Program-made: the position numbers and the translations under genes
The notes under the pieces: generated by a model
Databases searched by the model: none
Seen by the model: only the letters and a program-made list of their open reading frames with translations
What the model was told of the DNA's origin: nothing
Shown here: one piece after another, positions 29,594 to 38,869 of the stretch
Layout of the letters: the number at the start of each line of letters is the position of its first letter
Position numbering within the stretch: position 1 is the stretch's first letter
Assembly: GCA_044344945.1 (NCBI GenBank)
Contig: JBIJBZ010000003.1
Coordinates: 1 to 53,973 of the forward strand
Length of the DNA stretch: 53,973 bases
Direction of reading: 5' to 3'
DNA from: Bdellovibrionota bacterium
GTDB taxonomy: Bacteria > Bdellovibrionota_C > UBA2361 > OMII01

Positions 29594-31915
29594 CTATCGC
29601 TCCGGTCCACGATGACTGGCAAGAGGGGCAAGGAGGGCTGCAAAAAACACCCCCACGGACAAAACAATGCCAAAACTCTGCAGAGCCGAAGTGGAGCTCC
29701 ATGAAAGCGCTCCGAATGACACGATCGTTGTGAGCGCTGAGAGGAATACTGAGAGGTGAGGTGCTCCCTCAGGATGGGTCTCCTCTGCAAAGAATATGAC
29801 GTAATCCACCGATACGCCCAGGAGTACCATTAATGCAAACATCGAAAATACGTTGATCGGAATCCCCATTACTCCAAGGGTCGCTAGAGCCCCGATTGCC
29901 CCCAGTAATGGAGGTGTAACAACTCGCCACAGCCTTGCAATTCCGTACCTGAAAGCAAGGAGTAGGATTACAGCGCCATAGAACAGACTAGTTGTTACTG
30001 AGGCAGAGGAACGATAGAGGTGGAGTGCATGTGAGATCGCATCGGCATGGTTCACGATCTCAACCGAGCCGGAGATCCCTACGGGAAGCGTTTGGGGGTC
30101 CCCGCGAAAGCCGTTGAGCGCGATCGTAGTGACTACCTGACCTCGCTGAGGTCCAAGCCAGAGATCCTCCACGGTGCGACATGCATGACGTGCGATGCAA
30201 TCTGATGGACGGGCAAACTGCTGTGGCCCCGCCGTGTTGATCGAGAGGAGCGTATGCTCTGCTTTCTGAGAGAGGTGGAGATCGTGAGCAAGCTGCGTAA
30301 ATGAAATAGGAGCTGATTCGATAGTAGCTGCCAGAGTTCGGTAGCTGGTTTCTTGAGTTCGACGCGAAGGAACTAGATCCGAGACTGCTCGGTAACTCTC
30401 AAGTTGCCCAGATTTAATGAGCGCGCGAAGTCGAGCTTTGACCTCTTCCTCAATCTGGAGCGCCTCATCCTCGGAGGCCGCTCGAATAATAAGGACCGTT
30501 CCTCCATCCTTCATCCCAGTTAGCTCGGCCACCTCACGTTGTGCGTTTAGCAGCGCCGGTGATGGCTTATGGAGCGTTCGGATGTCGTCAGAGATTGTGA
30601 GGCGTAGCATACCAAAGGCGCACAGCGCTACGACTCCGAATATCGAAAGGTAGCGGACCTGGGGGCGGAGTATCACTTTTGAAATGTAAGCCAGTTTTCT
30701 TAGTCTCGGATCTGTTCTTGGAGTACCCGCTATCGCTGGAAACACGAGACCTACCGTGAGGAGGGTAAGGATAAGCCCAAGTACACAGAAGATCGCCAGC
30801 TCTTGAAGTCCAGGAAACGGGGACACAGCGATGCCAACAAAGCCGATCACGGTAGTGACAAAACCGAGAATAAGACCGGCTCGAATCCTCGATAGAGGCG
30901 ATTGTAGCTCGCTTGCAAGGGTTGTTCGGTGGGCGATAAAAAAGTGCAACGCATAGTCAATGGCGACGCCGAGCAGCGAAGAGCCGAAGCCGAGTGTAAT
31001 GAGGTGCAAGGAGTGGCCGTGTAACGACTCTACTATCAGTGAAGTGCCCCACAGCGAGGCCAGGAAGCTTGTTGTAATGCAGGCGGCGATAGCGAAGACA
31101 ACGGATAGCGATCGGAATACAAAGATCAGTACTCCAACCAGGGCGCAAAGGGTGAGGGTCGAGATAGTAGTAACTTCCCGCTCCGTGCGCTGCGCGGAGT
31201 CGTTCGCGAAGAGTACGATCCCTGAGGGGACAATCCGCACGGAACTGTTCGGAGTGAGCGAGTTGAGGAAGGTGATGAGGCGCGCTTGAGTTGTCCTGGC
31301 ATAGGGAGATTCGCGGAGTTCAGCGGAGATAAGTACGTTACGAGCCGACGGTGTATCGAGGTGGATAAAGCCGTTCCGAAGGATATACCGCCCCCCGTTT
31401 GAGGTGAGAGTCTTTAGGTATGTAGGAAGAAGTAGAAGAGGGTCCCTTTCGGCATATTGAAGCCACTGTAAAGAGTCCGGCGCGAAGGCCCTCTGGCGAG
31501 CCCCCTCTATGAGGTTGTCGGCGTTTGCGAGCGCCGATGTGGGGATCCCTGCGGTGGCGAGTTGGAATGGATACTGTAAGAAGAACTCAGCAAGAGGCTC
31601 GAGATCCTTTGTCGAGACTCGACCCTGAACCGACGCAAATAGACCGCTTGCGGTCATGCTGGTAGCAACACGGGTTGCTTCCTGTTCGGTGGCCTGATCG
31701 GTCGGGCCCTGCACAAGGATAACGAGCTTTTTGGCAAGGGATTCGGCTTGTGCGTGCACTACATGCTCAAGAACCGGATCTCGGTGAATTGGGGGGAGCA
31801 GGGAGAAGATGTCGGTACGAAAGGGGGGCCCTTGAACGAAGAGAATAATACTCCCGATAACAGCGGTAAGGAGGAGTGCCAGATACGAAAAGGTTAGGAG
31901 CTTAGAGGGCTTCAT
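29594..31915 (-). CDS. MMPL/RND-family exporter (ApeM-like)
   Basis: TDIFSLLP, two TM clusters with GVAIDY and GVSVDY; ATG at 31915. Confidence 0.88.
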   Translation of the reverse strand: MKPSKLLTFSYLALLLTAVIGSIILFVQGPPFRTDIFSLLPPIHRDPVLEHVVHAQAESLAKKLVILVQGPTDQATEQEATRVATSMTASGLFASVQGRVSTKDLEPLAEFFLQYPFQLATAGIPTSALANADNLIEGARQRAFAPDSLQWLQYAERDPLLLLPTYLKTLTSNGGRYILRNGFIHLDTPSARNVLISAELRESPYARTTQARLITFLNSLTPNSSVRIVPSGIVLFANDSAQRTEREVTTISTLTLCALVGVLIFVFRSLSVVFAIAACITTSFLASLWGTSLIVESLHGHSLHLITLGFGSSLLGVAIDYALHFFIAHRTTLASELQSPLSRIRAGLILGFVTTVIGFVGIAVSPFPGLQELAIFCVLGLILTLLTVGLVFPAIAGTPRTDPRLRKLAYISKVILRPQVRYLSIFGVVALCAFGMLRLTISDDIRTLHKPSPALLNAQREVAELTGMKDGGTVLIIRAASEDEALQIEEEVKARLRALIKSGQLESYRAVSDLVPSRRTQETSYRTLAATIESAPISFTQLAHDLHLSQKAEHTLLSINTAGPQQFARPSDCIARHACRTVEDLWLGPQRGQVVTTIALNGFRGDPQTLPVGISGSVEIVNHADAISHALHLYRSSASVTTSLFYGAVILLLAFRYGIARLWRVVTPPLLGAIGALATLGVMGIPINVFSMFALMVLLGVSVDYVIFFAEETHPEGAPHLSVFLSALTTIVSFGALSWSSTSALQSFGIVLSVGVFFAALLAPLASHRGPER

Positions 31916-33044
31916 TGAGAGATGTCTGCAACTCCAGAACCTCACTTTCGGAGAGGGGGATTGGCTCAGCAAATGAGGTGATGATCGTGTCTGTATTTGC
32001 GTGGTGAACCTCAAGGACCTCAGGGCGATCGGACCCCTGGACGACTATTTTAGCGACGATCTCTGCGACCAGGGAGTCCTTCGGCGTCAGAGTAATCATC
32101 CAGGCATTCACACTGCCGGATGCTGTGATCATGAAGTCTTCCGCGGCTTCCTGTAGGTCGCCCCCCATCAGCGAGAGTAGGGCTGCCGAGATATTAGCCC
32201 GATCAGAGACCTGCTCGGATGCGCCGATGCGGTCGATGACCTTCAATCCCGAGGGGGTTATAATTGTAGTCCGTTCGACGGGGTGCTTCATTCGCCATTC
32301 AATTCCGCGTTGTGGCAGACACCGCATCTCGCCGCTAGAGGACAGCGGCGCCGTCAGTGCTGCGATACGGCGCTCTTCTCGGAATGTAGAGCGAAAAGGG
32401 GTGGCGGGTTTTAGGTGCTGGCGGATCTGCTGAAGGTCAAGAGTGGGCTCAGCGTACGCTCGTGATATGGGAAAAGCTAATGCTGCTAGCAGGAGTGAGG
32501 AGATAATGGGATGGATTCGTCTCATAACTCGGAGCCTTATGAGGTACTCGACTACAAAAAGAGTCCCCATTATCAAGTAGCTAATACAACCGTTGTACAG
32601 ACTCCACCACTCTAGAGAGCGATGCAGTGAGTCAAAGGCGATGATGGTGTTTGTCACGAAGAAAGCTACCCACACCTGACACACGCGACGACAGTATCGT
32701 TGGCCCTCGGCAGGAAGTGGTCCCTGAGTGATCGTAGCAAACCGTTCGATAATAGAAGGGGGGCGGATAAGCGATGTGGTAAATATCGTCAACAACACTA
32801 GGTTCACGACGAACGGATAGTATAGTGGAATGGTCGGTAGATAGTGCGAGGCGACCAAGGCGATAGCCCCAACACTCAACGCCACGATGAGAGATCGTGG
32901 CTGTGTCAACGTGCTCCCCGTTCGCACCTTGATCATAAGGGCGACAGCGAGTAGTGCTGCAGTGATGCCGAGGTATCCCCGGGTCGTAGCGAGGTATACG
33001 GACAATGGATAGAGTAGGGTAAGAATTGCAAACGCAACTCTCAT
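31902..33044 (-). CDS. Fusion of an ApeG-like membrane protein and a LolA-like lipoprotein carrier (ApeL-like)
   Basis: N-terminal half: LYYP, IIERFA, YCRRV, WSLYNGCISY (COG4648-like). C-terminal half after an internal signal peptide: FREER...PLSSSG...GIEW...W.ITLTPK (LolA-like). Confidence 0.8.
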   Translation of the reverse strand: MRVAFAILTLLYPLSVYLATTRGYLGITAALLAVALMIKVRTGSTLTQPRSLIVALSVGAIALVASHYLPTIPLYYPFVVNLVLLTIFTTSLIRPPSIIERFATITQGPLPAEGQRYCRRVCQVWVAFFVTNTIIAFDSLHRSLEWWSLYNGCISYLIMGTLFVVEYLIRLRVMRRIHPIISSLLLAALAFPISRAYAEPTLDLQQIRQHLKPATPFRSTFREERRIAALTAPLSSSGEMRCLPQRGIEWRMKHPVERTTIITPSGLKVIDRIGASEQVSDRANISAALLSLMGGDLQEAAEDFMITASGSVNAWMITLTPKDSLVAEIVAKIVVQGSDRPEVLEVHHANTDTIITSFAEPIPLSESEVLELQTSLNEAL

Positions 33045-34288
33045 GAGATCCTCACCCGAGCTGGCATGCGTAATTTTTCTAGGTAGCGCAGCAGGAAATT
33101 CAAAAGCCAGAGCCTACGCTTACTTGTCGGTGCTACCCCACTTAATGCCAGAGATAGCTGCTGCTCAACGCGCCGGGTCAGAAGACGCATGAGTCTCGAT
33201 CCGTGATAGAGTCTTTGTAGTCGAAACAGGGTGAATATTCGGCCGTCGTAGTAAGCATCGATTAGTGAGCGCCAGGCTTTGAGTTTGGCTCGCATCCGCT
33301 TTTCGTAACGCGCTGCATGGGTGTCCCATCCAGCAAGTATCGCTCGTGTTAGCTCCGAGGCTCCTTCAAGTGCAAGCAGTAGACCACTTGAAAAAATGGG
33401 GTCGATAAAGCCACCGGCATCACCGACCAGTGCCCACTGCTTCCCAGTCCAGCGATCAGATGAGAGCTGGTAATTAGTGTACTTCATAACGGGGGTAAGT
33501 CGTTCAGTCGACGTAACATACGATTGCATTACGGGCTCTTCGTGCAGGAGGCGATCGTATTGCTCTTCAGCAGAGGCGCCGTAGTTTTTGAGCGCTTCGC
33601 GCGGAATTACAACACCCACAGACACCCGGTTCGGTAGCGGGATTCTCCACGACCAGCCGCGTTTTAAGCGATTGATGTGAATGTGCCCCTCATGGGGAGT
33701 TTCGGCCGCGGGAACGTGAGCAAAGAGGGCCACATCTTTGCGGCCACCCGCAGAGCTTGGAAGGTTGAGAAGCTTGGTAAGCACTCGATTCCGTCCAGAG
33801 GCATCGACGATAAGATCTGGTTGATCGAGCCCTGTGGCTTGCTTCCATATATCGAGCGTCTTCTGATCGAAAGCGACCTCCCGGTCTTTGGATGGAGGAG
33901 CGAATGTTGCAATCTGCGGGATATGAATAGCGCCGAGACGGATGGCATTTGTAAGTACCAGCGCATCGAACTCTGCTCGCGGTGAGTTGTACGCATATGT
34001 AGGGGATCCCTTACCTGCTCGATTAAAGAAAAACGAGTTCTCTTGCTCTGGCGTCGTGTAGAAGGTTGCTCCCGGCTTGTAGGTGCTTATCGCAGCGACC
34101 TCCTCTTCGATCCCTAACTCTCGCAGGAGTGGTATGAGTGCTGGTACCAGCGATTCTCCAACGAGCAGATCGGGCCGTTTGCCCGGATCGAAGAGAGCCA
34201 CCGTTATCTGCTTTCGACGGAGGTGTGTGGCGAGAGCTGCTCCAGCGGGACCGCCACCGATGACAGCAACGCTCGAGATCTTCTTCAT
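33041..34288 (-). CDS. Flavin-dependent halogenase-like oxidoreductase
   Basis: GGGPAG, VGES, Lys in YKPG, DASG, WSWRIP (WxWxIP), GDAGGFIDPIFSSG. Confidence 0.85.
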   Translation of the reverse strand: MKKISSVAVIGGGPAGAALATHLRRKQITVALFDPGKRPDLLVGESLVPALIPLLRELGIEEEVAAISTYKPGATFYTTPEQENSFFFNRAGKGSPTYAYNSPRAEFDALVLTNAIRLGAIHIPQIATFAPPSKDREVAFDQKTLDIWKQATGLDQPDLIVDASGRNRVLTKLLNLPSSAGGRKDVALFAHVPAAETPHEGHIHINRLKRGWSWRIPLPNRVSVGVVIPREALKNYGASAEEQYDRLLHEEPVMQSYVTSTERLTPVMKYTNYQLSSDRWTGKQWALVGDAGGFIDPIFSSGLLLALEGASELTRAILAGWDTHAARYEKRMRAKLKAWRSLIDAYYDGRIFTLFRLQRLYHGSRLMRLLTRRVEQQLSLALSGVAPTSKRRLWLLNFLLRYLEKLRMPARVRIS

Positions 34289-35739
34289 GCAGCCACCTCT
34301 TGCTCACGTCGCATCGTGTGTCGAACGAGTTTGCCCGAGCCGGTCTGCGGAAGCTCCTCGACGATACGGAAATCTTTCGGAACCTTAAAACTAGAGAGTT
34401 CCGAGTAACACAGGGTTCTCCATGTTTGCGGATCGTAGGGCATTCCTTTTCGTACTACAACGTCAGCGACGACGAGGCAGCCGAGGAGGGGGTGCGGTTC
34501 CGCGGAAACGCGGACCTCGCGGATCTCAGGGGCGCGGCGTAAAACCGCCTCAACTTCTTCCGGGAACACCTTGTTACCGCCACTGTTAATGATGCTCTTT
34601 CGTCTTCCTTTGAAGGTTATAAGGCCGCTGGGATCAAGCGTTACGAGGTCCCCAGTTGCAAACCATGAGTTGCGCGGTACGGATAATCCACAAGCCTCAC
34701 CAGTAAGGTAGCCGGCAAAGAGGCCGGGACCTTGAATAAAAAGTTCTCCGATTGAGCCGTACGGCGATGATCGTCCGTTGTCATCGCGCACCTCTGCTAA
34801 GTATGGCGGCATGCACCGCCCAAGTGCCGTTACAGGAGCGGACGGGTCGTTGTTCCAGAGCGGAAGGCCCACTTCGATAACTCCGTATACCTGGGTGAGG
34901 CGAATTCCGAATCGCTCCTGGAATCTATCTGCAATCGCTTGCGGCAGGAGGGATGACGTGGAGATAGCTCTTCGGAGGTTTGAAAGCGTGTGTGACGGAT
35001 CAGCTCGAGCGATAAGCTCGTATTGGATTGGTGACCCATAGATCACGGTGGCGCCGTGGCGTTCTCCAAGACGAAGCGTTTCGGATGGGTTGAGCGAAGC
35101 GCAGTCAAGTATCGTCGCGCCTGCGCGGAGAAATGAGAGGGCTGATGCAACGAAGTGATAGGGAAGGGGAAGCGGAGCAAGAACGGTATCCTGCGCTGAC
35201 ACACCGAGAAGGTACTCCGCTGCCTCAGTTCGTTCCAGCACGGCTTTATGAGTCAGCACTACTCCGCGAGACAGAGCCGTTGTTCCGGATGTGTGTCGAA
35301 GAACGGCTGCATCTGGAAAAACGCAGGGGTGAATCGCTTCATGTTTATGCGGTATTAGGATCAAGTCACCCAGGCGATCATCCTGAAAACGACGCGGCTG
35401 ATGCCCCTCGGTGTGCCCAGAGCATTTCCCGATCGACCATGCGACTTGAGTTTCGGAGATAATTCGCTCCCGCTCGGCAGCCGGAAGAACCGGAGATATA
35501 GGTATCGCAACACATCGCGCCGCCACGACACCAAAGAGAGATGCAAGAAACTCGCGGGCATCGAGGAGAGAGATTCCAATGATTGTGCCGGGGGCGGCGT
35601 GCAGTTGCAGGGTATTGCGTATGCTTGAGGAGAGGGACGCAAGCTCTCGGTACGTGGTGGTTTGTGAGCGATCGATGACGGCTGCTTTGTCGGGCCATTG
35701 CTGAGCAGCGTGTTCAATGATCTCCTCTGTTCGAATCAT
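34285..35739 (-). CDS. AMP-dependent acyl-CoA/acyl-ACP ligase
   Basis: TSGTT, YGVIE, TGD, GRRK, PQTGSGK adenylation motifs. Confidence 0.9.
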   Translation of the reverse strand: MIRTEEIIEHAAQQWPDKAAVIDRSQTTTYRELASLSSSIRNTLQLHAAPGTIIGISLLDAREFLASLFGVVAARCVAIPISPVLPAAERERIISETQVAWSIGKCSGHTEGHQPRRFQDDRLGDLILIPHKHEAIHPCVFPDAAVLRHTSGTTALSRGVVLTHKAVLERTEAAEYLLGVSAQDTVLAPLPLPYHFVASALSFLRAGATILDCASLNPSETLRLGERHGATVIYGSPIQYELIARADPSHTLSNLRRAISTSSLLPQAIADRFQERFGIRLTQVYGVIEVGLPLWNNDPSAPVTALGRCMPPYLAEVRDDNGRSSPYGSIGELFIQGPGLFAGYLTGEACGLSVPRNSWFATGDLVTLDPSGLITFKGRRKSIINSGGNKVFPEEVEAVLRRAPEIREVRVSAEPHPLLGCLVVADVVVRKGMPYDPQTWRTLCYSELSSFKVPKDFRIVEELPQTGSGKLVRHTMRREQEVAA

Positions 35740-35777
35740 AGCATCCGCCCGATCTTCGAGTACTCTACACGCTCCAG

Positions 35778-37070
35778 CTACGCCAGAGTGTGTCTGTCAT
35801 AGTATAGCGGCTCTACCTGCTGTTCGCGCAACGCACGAACGATATCGTCTTCCGATTGCCCCTGCAGTCGTCCTGCTGCGAGCCATCCCGCGGCGTATCC
35901 AGTGGAGAGGGAGGTCCCTATCACACGGGCAGATCCGATCGCATAATCAGTTGCGGCTAGGCCGCGCCCGGCAAAGTATACCCCATCAATACCTTTGGCG
36001 CACAGGCTTCCCATCGGTATTTCGTACCCTTCGCCTTCATCTGGAAAGGTTACTTTCGGCTTGGCCGGGCTATCCCACAGCTCCACAGGCCACAATCCGA
36101 CGGCTATCCCCTTGATGTGTCGTTGTGAGAGCCTCACACCCTCTGTTGAAAGCTCCTCCTCTCCTAGCCCCCTGTCGCCACTGCGGATACCGAGGGCCGG
36201 CGCGGTTCCGGAGTGGGAGATCGATTGGAACCCACTTCCGTGACCCTTCAGGTATGAAACAATGTGCGGTATCGAGCTTGAGAGTTGAGAGTAGATCTGT
36301 TCAGTCCATGCCTTGTGCATCTCTGTCGTCGGAGCGGCGGTTCCTAATTTGAACAGGGCCCGATTGTGCGAAAGTGAGCCAGGAACTATTGAGATATACG
36401 AGAGCTCATCGGGTAACATGTCATCGAGTACGGCTTCGCGAAGGAGCTTGCGAACGGTGAAACCGATGCTCTGCTCATCAAGATCCGGTAGACCAGAGAG
36501 TTCAAAAACAAGAGCAGCTGCCTGGGACGGAGACGGGGCTACCGTTGGCAGATTTAGCAGTTTTAGCGCCTCACTGTTGCCCGAGCAATCAACGAGGGTG
36601 GCAGCTTGGATCTCAAGATGCCGATCTAACGCGTTCGACATTCGCAGCACAAATCCGCCACTAGAGCCCATGCGCTCTATCGCACTGATGGAAATTTCAG
36701 TGAGAAGGCTAGTCGCAGGATGTTCGGCTACAAGTGTACAGGACACCGCCTCAAAGGCCTCCGCAATGTACGGGAGGTAGGTAAGACCTAACGGATTTCG
36801 AACAAGCTCTTTCCCAGATCGTTCTGCCACGCGGCGCGAGAATTCGGTTGCAAATCCTGGGTTGTCGAAGCGAGGAGAGGTGTGGAGGTGTGGTCCGCAA
36901 CGCGAGACACCACAGATGGTCCCCACCATTGCTGCCGTTGCGTTGCCACCGACAATCCTGCGACGCTCGATAATCACAACGCGAGCCCCTTGCCGAGCAG
37001 CGCCGATCGCTGCCGCAAGGCCAGCGGGGCCGGCACCGACTATGCCGACGTCAAAGCGCTCGGCTGACAT
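35778..37070 (-). CDS. FAD-dependent oxidoreductase
   Basis: GAGPAG, GGNAT, DCSG, YEIPMGSL, AGR and SARVIGTSLSTGYAAG. Confidence 0.85.
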   Translation of the reverse strand: MSAERFDVGIVGAGPAGLAAAIGAARQGARVVIIERRRIVGGNATAAMVGTICGVSRCGPHLHTSPRFDNPGFATEFSRRVAERSGKELVRNPLGLTYLPYIAEAFEAVSCTLVAEHPATSLLTEISISAIERMGSSGGFVLRMSNALDRHLEIQAATLVDCSGNSEALKLLNLPTVAPSPSQAAALVFELSGLPDLDEQSIGFTVRKLLREAVLDDMLPDELSYISIVPGSLSHNRALFKLGTAAPTTEMHKAWTEQIYSQLSSSIPHIVSYLKGHGSGFQSISHSGTAPALGIRSGDRGLGEEELSTEGVRLSQRHIKGIAVGLWPVELWDSPAKPKVTFPDEGEGYEIPMGSLCAKGIDGVYFAGRGLAATDYAIGSARVIGTSLSTGYAAGWLAAGRLQGQSEDDIVRALREQQVEPLYYDRHTLA

Positions 37071-38343
37071 GACTGCTCTCCGTCAACTCATTGATAAGAT
37101 GGCTCGAAAATCGGGCGATGGTAGCCTCATCTACTACCTTTGTATCGAAACAGATCGTGACCTCAAGCGAATCCCGATACCGTGACCACACAGTCGTAAA
37201 ACCGGGGGGGGAGAGTACTGGTGGATAGTGTGTTGCATAGACAACCGGAGACGCGCCGAAGGAACTAAGGTTGGAGAGTGAAGCTCCGATGTCCGAGAAG
37301 TAAAAGCTAGCGGGGTGTCCCTTCGTTGGCTGTTCAATAATCCTCCAGAGTAGTGATAGTGGGAGGCGGCGTAGCAGGTGAAGGAAGTCGACCATGCCAC
37401 GCTGATACCCTTCAAATATGGTGTCATGGAGCTGCTGGATGATCGCGTTGGTGCACTCCGCGAGTGAACTGTTGAGCGGTGAGGTGATTCTGAAGAATGC
37501 GACCGATATCTGATTCGAGAGCGGAGAACGTTGCTTAGAGGAGCGCCGAATATCGTGGGGAACCGGAACAAAGAGGGGAACGTGTTCCTGTCTGCCCATC
37601 TCGGTTGTTGCTGCGACGGCTCGTGATGTTGCGGCCAGGTACGCTGCGGTCGGAAACATCCCGCCGGTGAGCCGTTGTACCGTTTGGTCGGTACGCTTTG
37701 TCTGCTCAGCGCTGAAGATAAGCTTCGAAAAGTGAGGAGTCGGGGCGTTCTGTACTGATGGGTGTAATCGAGCGATCGTCCCACGAGCTTTCGAAAAGAT
37801 CATTCGTGCTGTTTTTCGAGCTTGGATTATTCGTTCTTTAATTGAAACGGGGCGTTCTTGCGAGAGTGCCAGGGACCCTCCGGTATTATGAGCGAGTAAC
37901 GAAACAAGAATTTCTGCGCCGTGTGCATCGCATAACGCGTGGTGCCAATAGAATAGAAGGGAAGGGCCATGTTCGTAGTGTGGTAAAAGTATCACTCCAA
38001 AAGGGCTCTGGACCTTGATATCTAAGGAGTGAGTTAGAACAATCGTGCGGAGATCGAGTTCAGACCTACACGAGTCAGAGATTGCAATTTCAGAGGTTGC
38101 AGCGCCATAAGAGATCCAACGAGGTGCTCGGAAGAGCGGTTGAGAGAGCCGAAGCCGCGTTACTGCTTGAAAAGCTGGATGAGCTATAAGTCGAGAGCGC
38201 TGAGCACTGATGTCACTATCCAACGGCAACGTGACGAGTAGATGGCAGATATTTCCGGGGCTCCCCGCGCGGCGCATGGAGCGTTCCATCGCCAGCATAA
38301 AGGTATCACACCCATTAAGAGCTATCGGGGGAAGCTCTTTCAT
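37051..38343 (-). CDS. Stand-alone condensation-domain / CoA-dependent acyltransferase
   Basis: WHHALCDAHG (HHxxxD) motif, VPHDIRR; lies directly after an ACP gene. Confidence 0.7.
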   Translation of the reverse strand: MKELPPIALNGCDTFMLAMERSMRRAGSPGNICHLLVTLPLDSDISAQRSRLIAHPAFQAVTRLRLSQPLFRAPRWISYGAATSEIAISDSCRSELDLRTIVLTHSLDIKVQSPFGVILLPHYEHGPSLLFYWHHALCDAHGAEILVSLLAHNTGGSLALSQERPVSIKERIIQARKTARMIFSKARGTIARLHPSVQNAPTPHFSKLIFSAEQTKRTDQTVQRLTGGMFPTAAYLAATSRAVAATTEMGRQEHVPLFVPVPHDIRRSSKQRSPLSNQISVAFFRITSPLNSSLAECTNAIIQQLHDTIFEGYQRGMVDFLHLLRRLPLSLLWRIIEQPTKGHPASFYFSDIGASLSNLSSFGASPVVYATHYPPVLSPPGFTTVWSRYRDSLEVTICFDTKVVDEATIARFSSHLINELTESSHVSRAL

Positions 38344-38606
38344 CCGTTTGAGTTCCGAGCTGCTGAGTGAAGGTTGGCGATACCCGTTGTGAGGGCTGCT
38401 ACGGTTGATAACGGTTGAGAGGTTAGCAGTTCGAGGGGGAGGGGAATTTTGAGGGTCTTCTCCAGGAAAATGACCACTTCCAGGAAGCCAATCGAATCGA
38501 GGCCGAGGGCGCGCAGATCGTCGTGAAGAGTGCAGGGTTTACCCACCATCGATGCGATGAAGGCGCAGAGCTGACTCTGGAGATGTTCTTCAGAGAACGT
38601 TTGCAT
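38340..38606 (-). CDS. Acyl/peptidyl carrier protein
   Basis: LGLDSIG motif; 88 aa. Confidence 0.85.
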   Translation of the reverse strand: MQTFSEEHLQSQLCAFIASMVGKPCTLHDDLRALGLDSIGFLEVVIFLEKTLKIPLPLELLTSQPLSTVAALTTGIANLHSAARNSNG

Positions 38607-38869
38607 ACAGGCTTCCTGAGGGGGATGTCGAGCCGAAACAGGCTAAAAACTAGTGCCGTTTGGGCCTTGGGTCAACTCCCCGGAGCGGCTTTTGGCAGAG
38701 GATTTGGCGTTTTACCGGTTGTTTTCGGGGAGTGTTTTAGTGGAGGCTCCGGGGTAACTGTGCTACGAATGATATAGCGTGCCTATTCTCCGTAGCGAGC
38801 GGCGCGGGTAGGTAAATACGCAGCTCGGCAATAAGCGGGTTTGGCCCAACTTGAATATTCCTCCATCGC

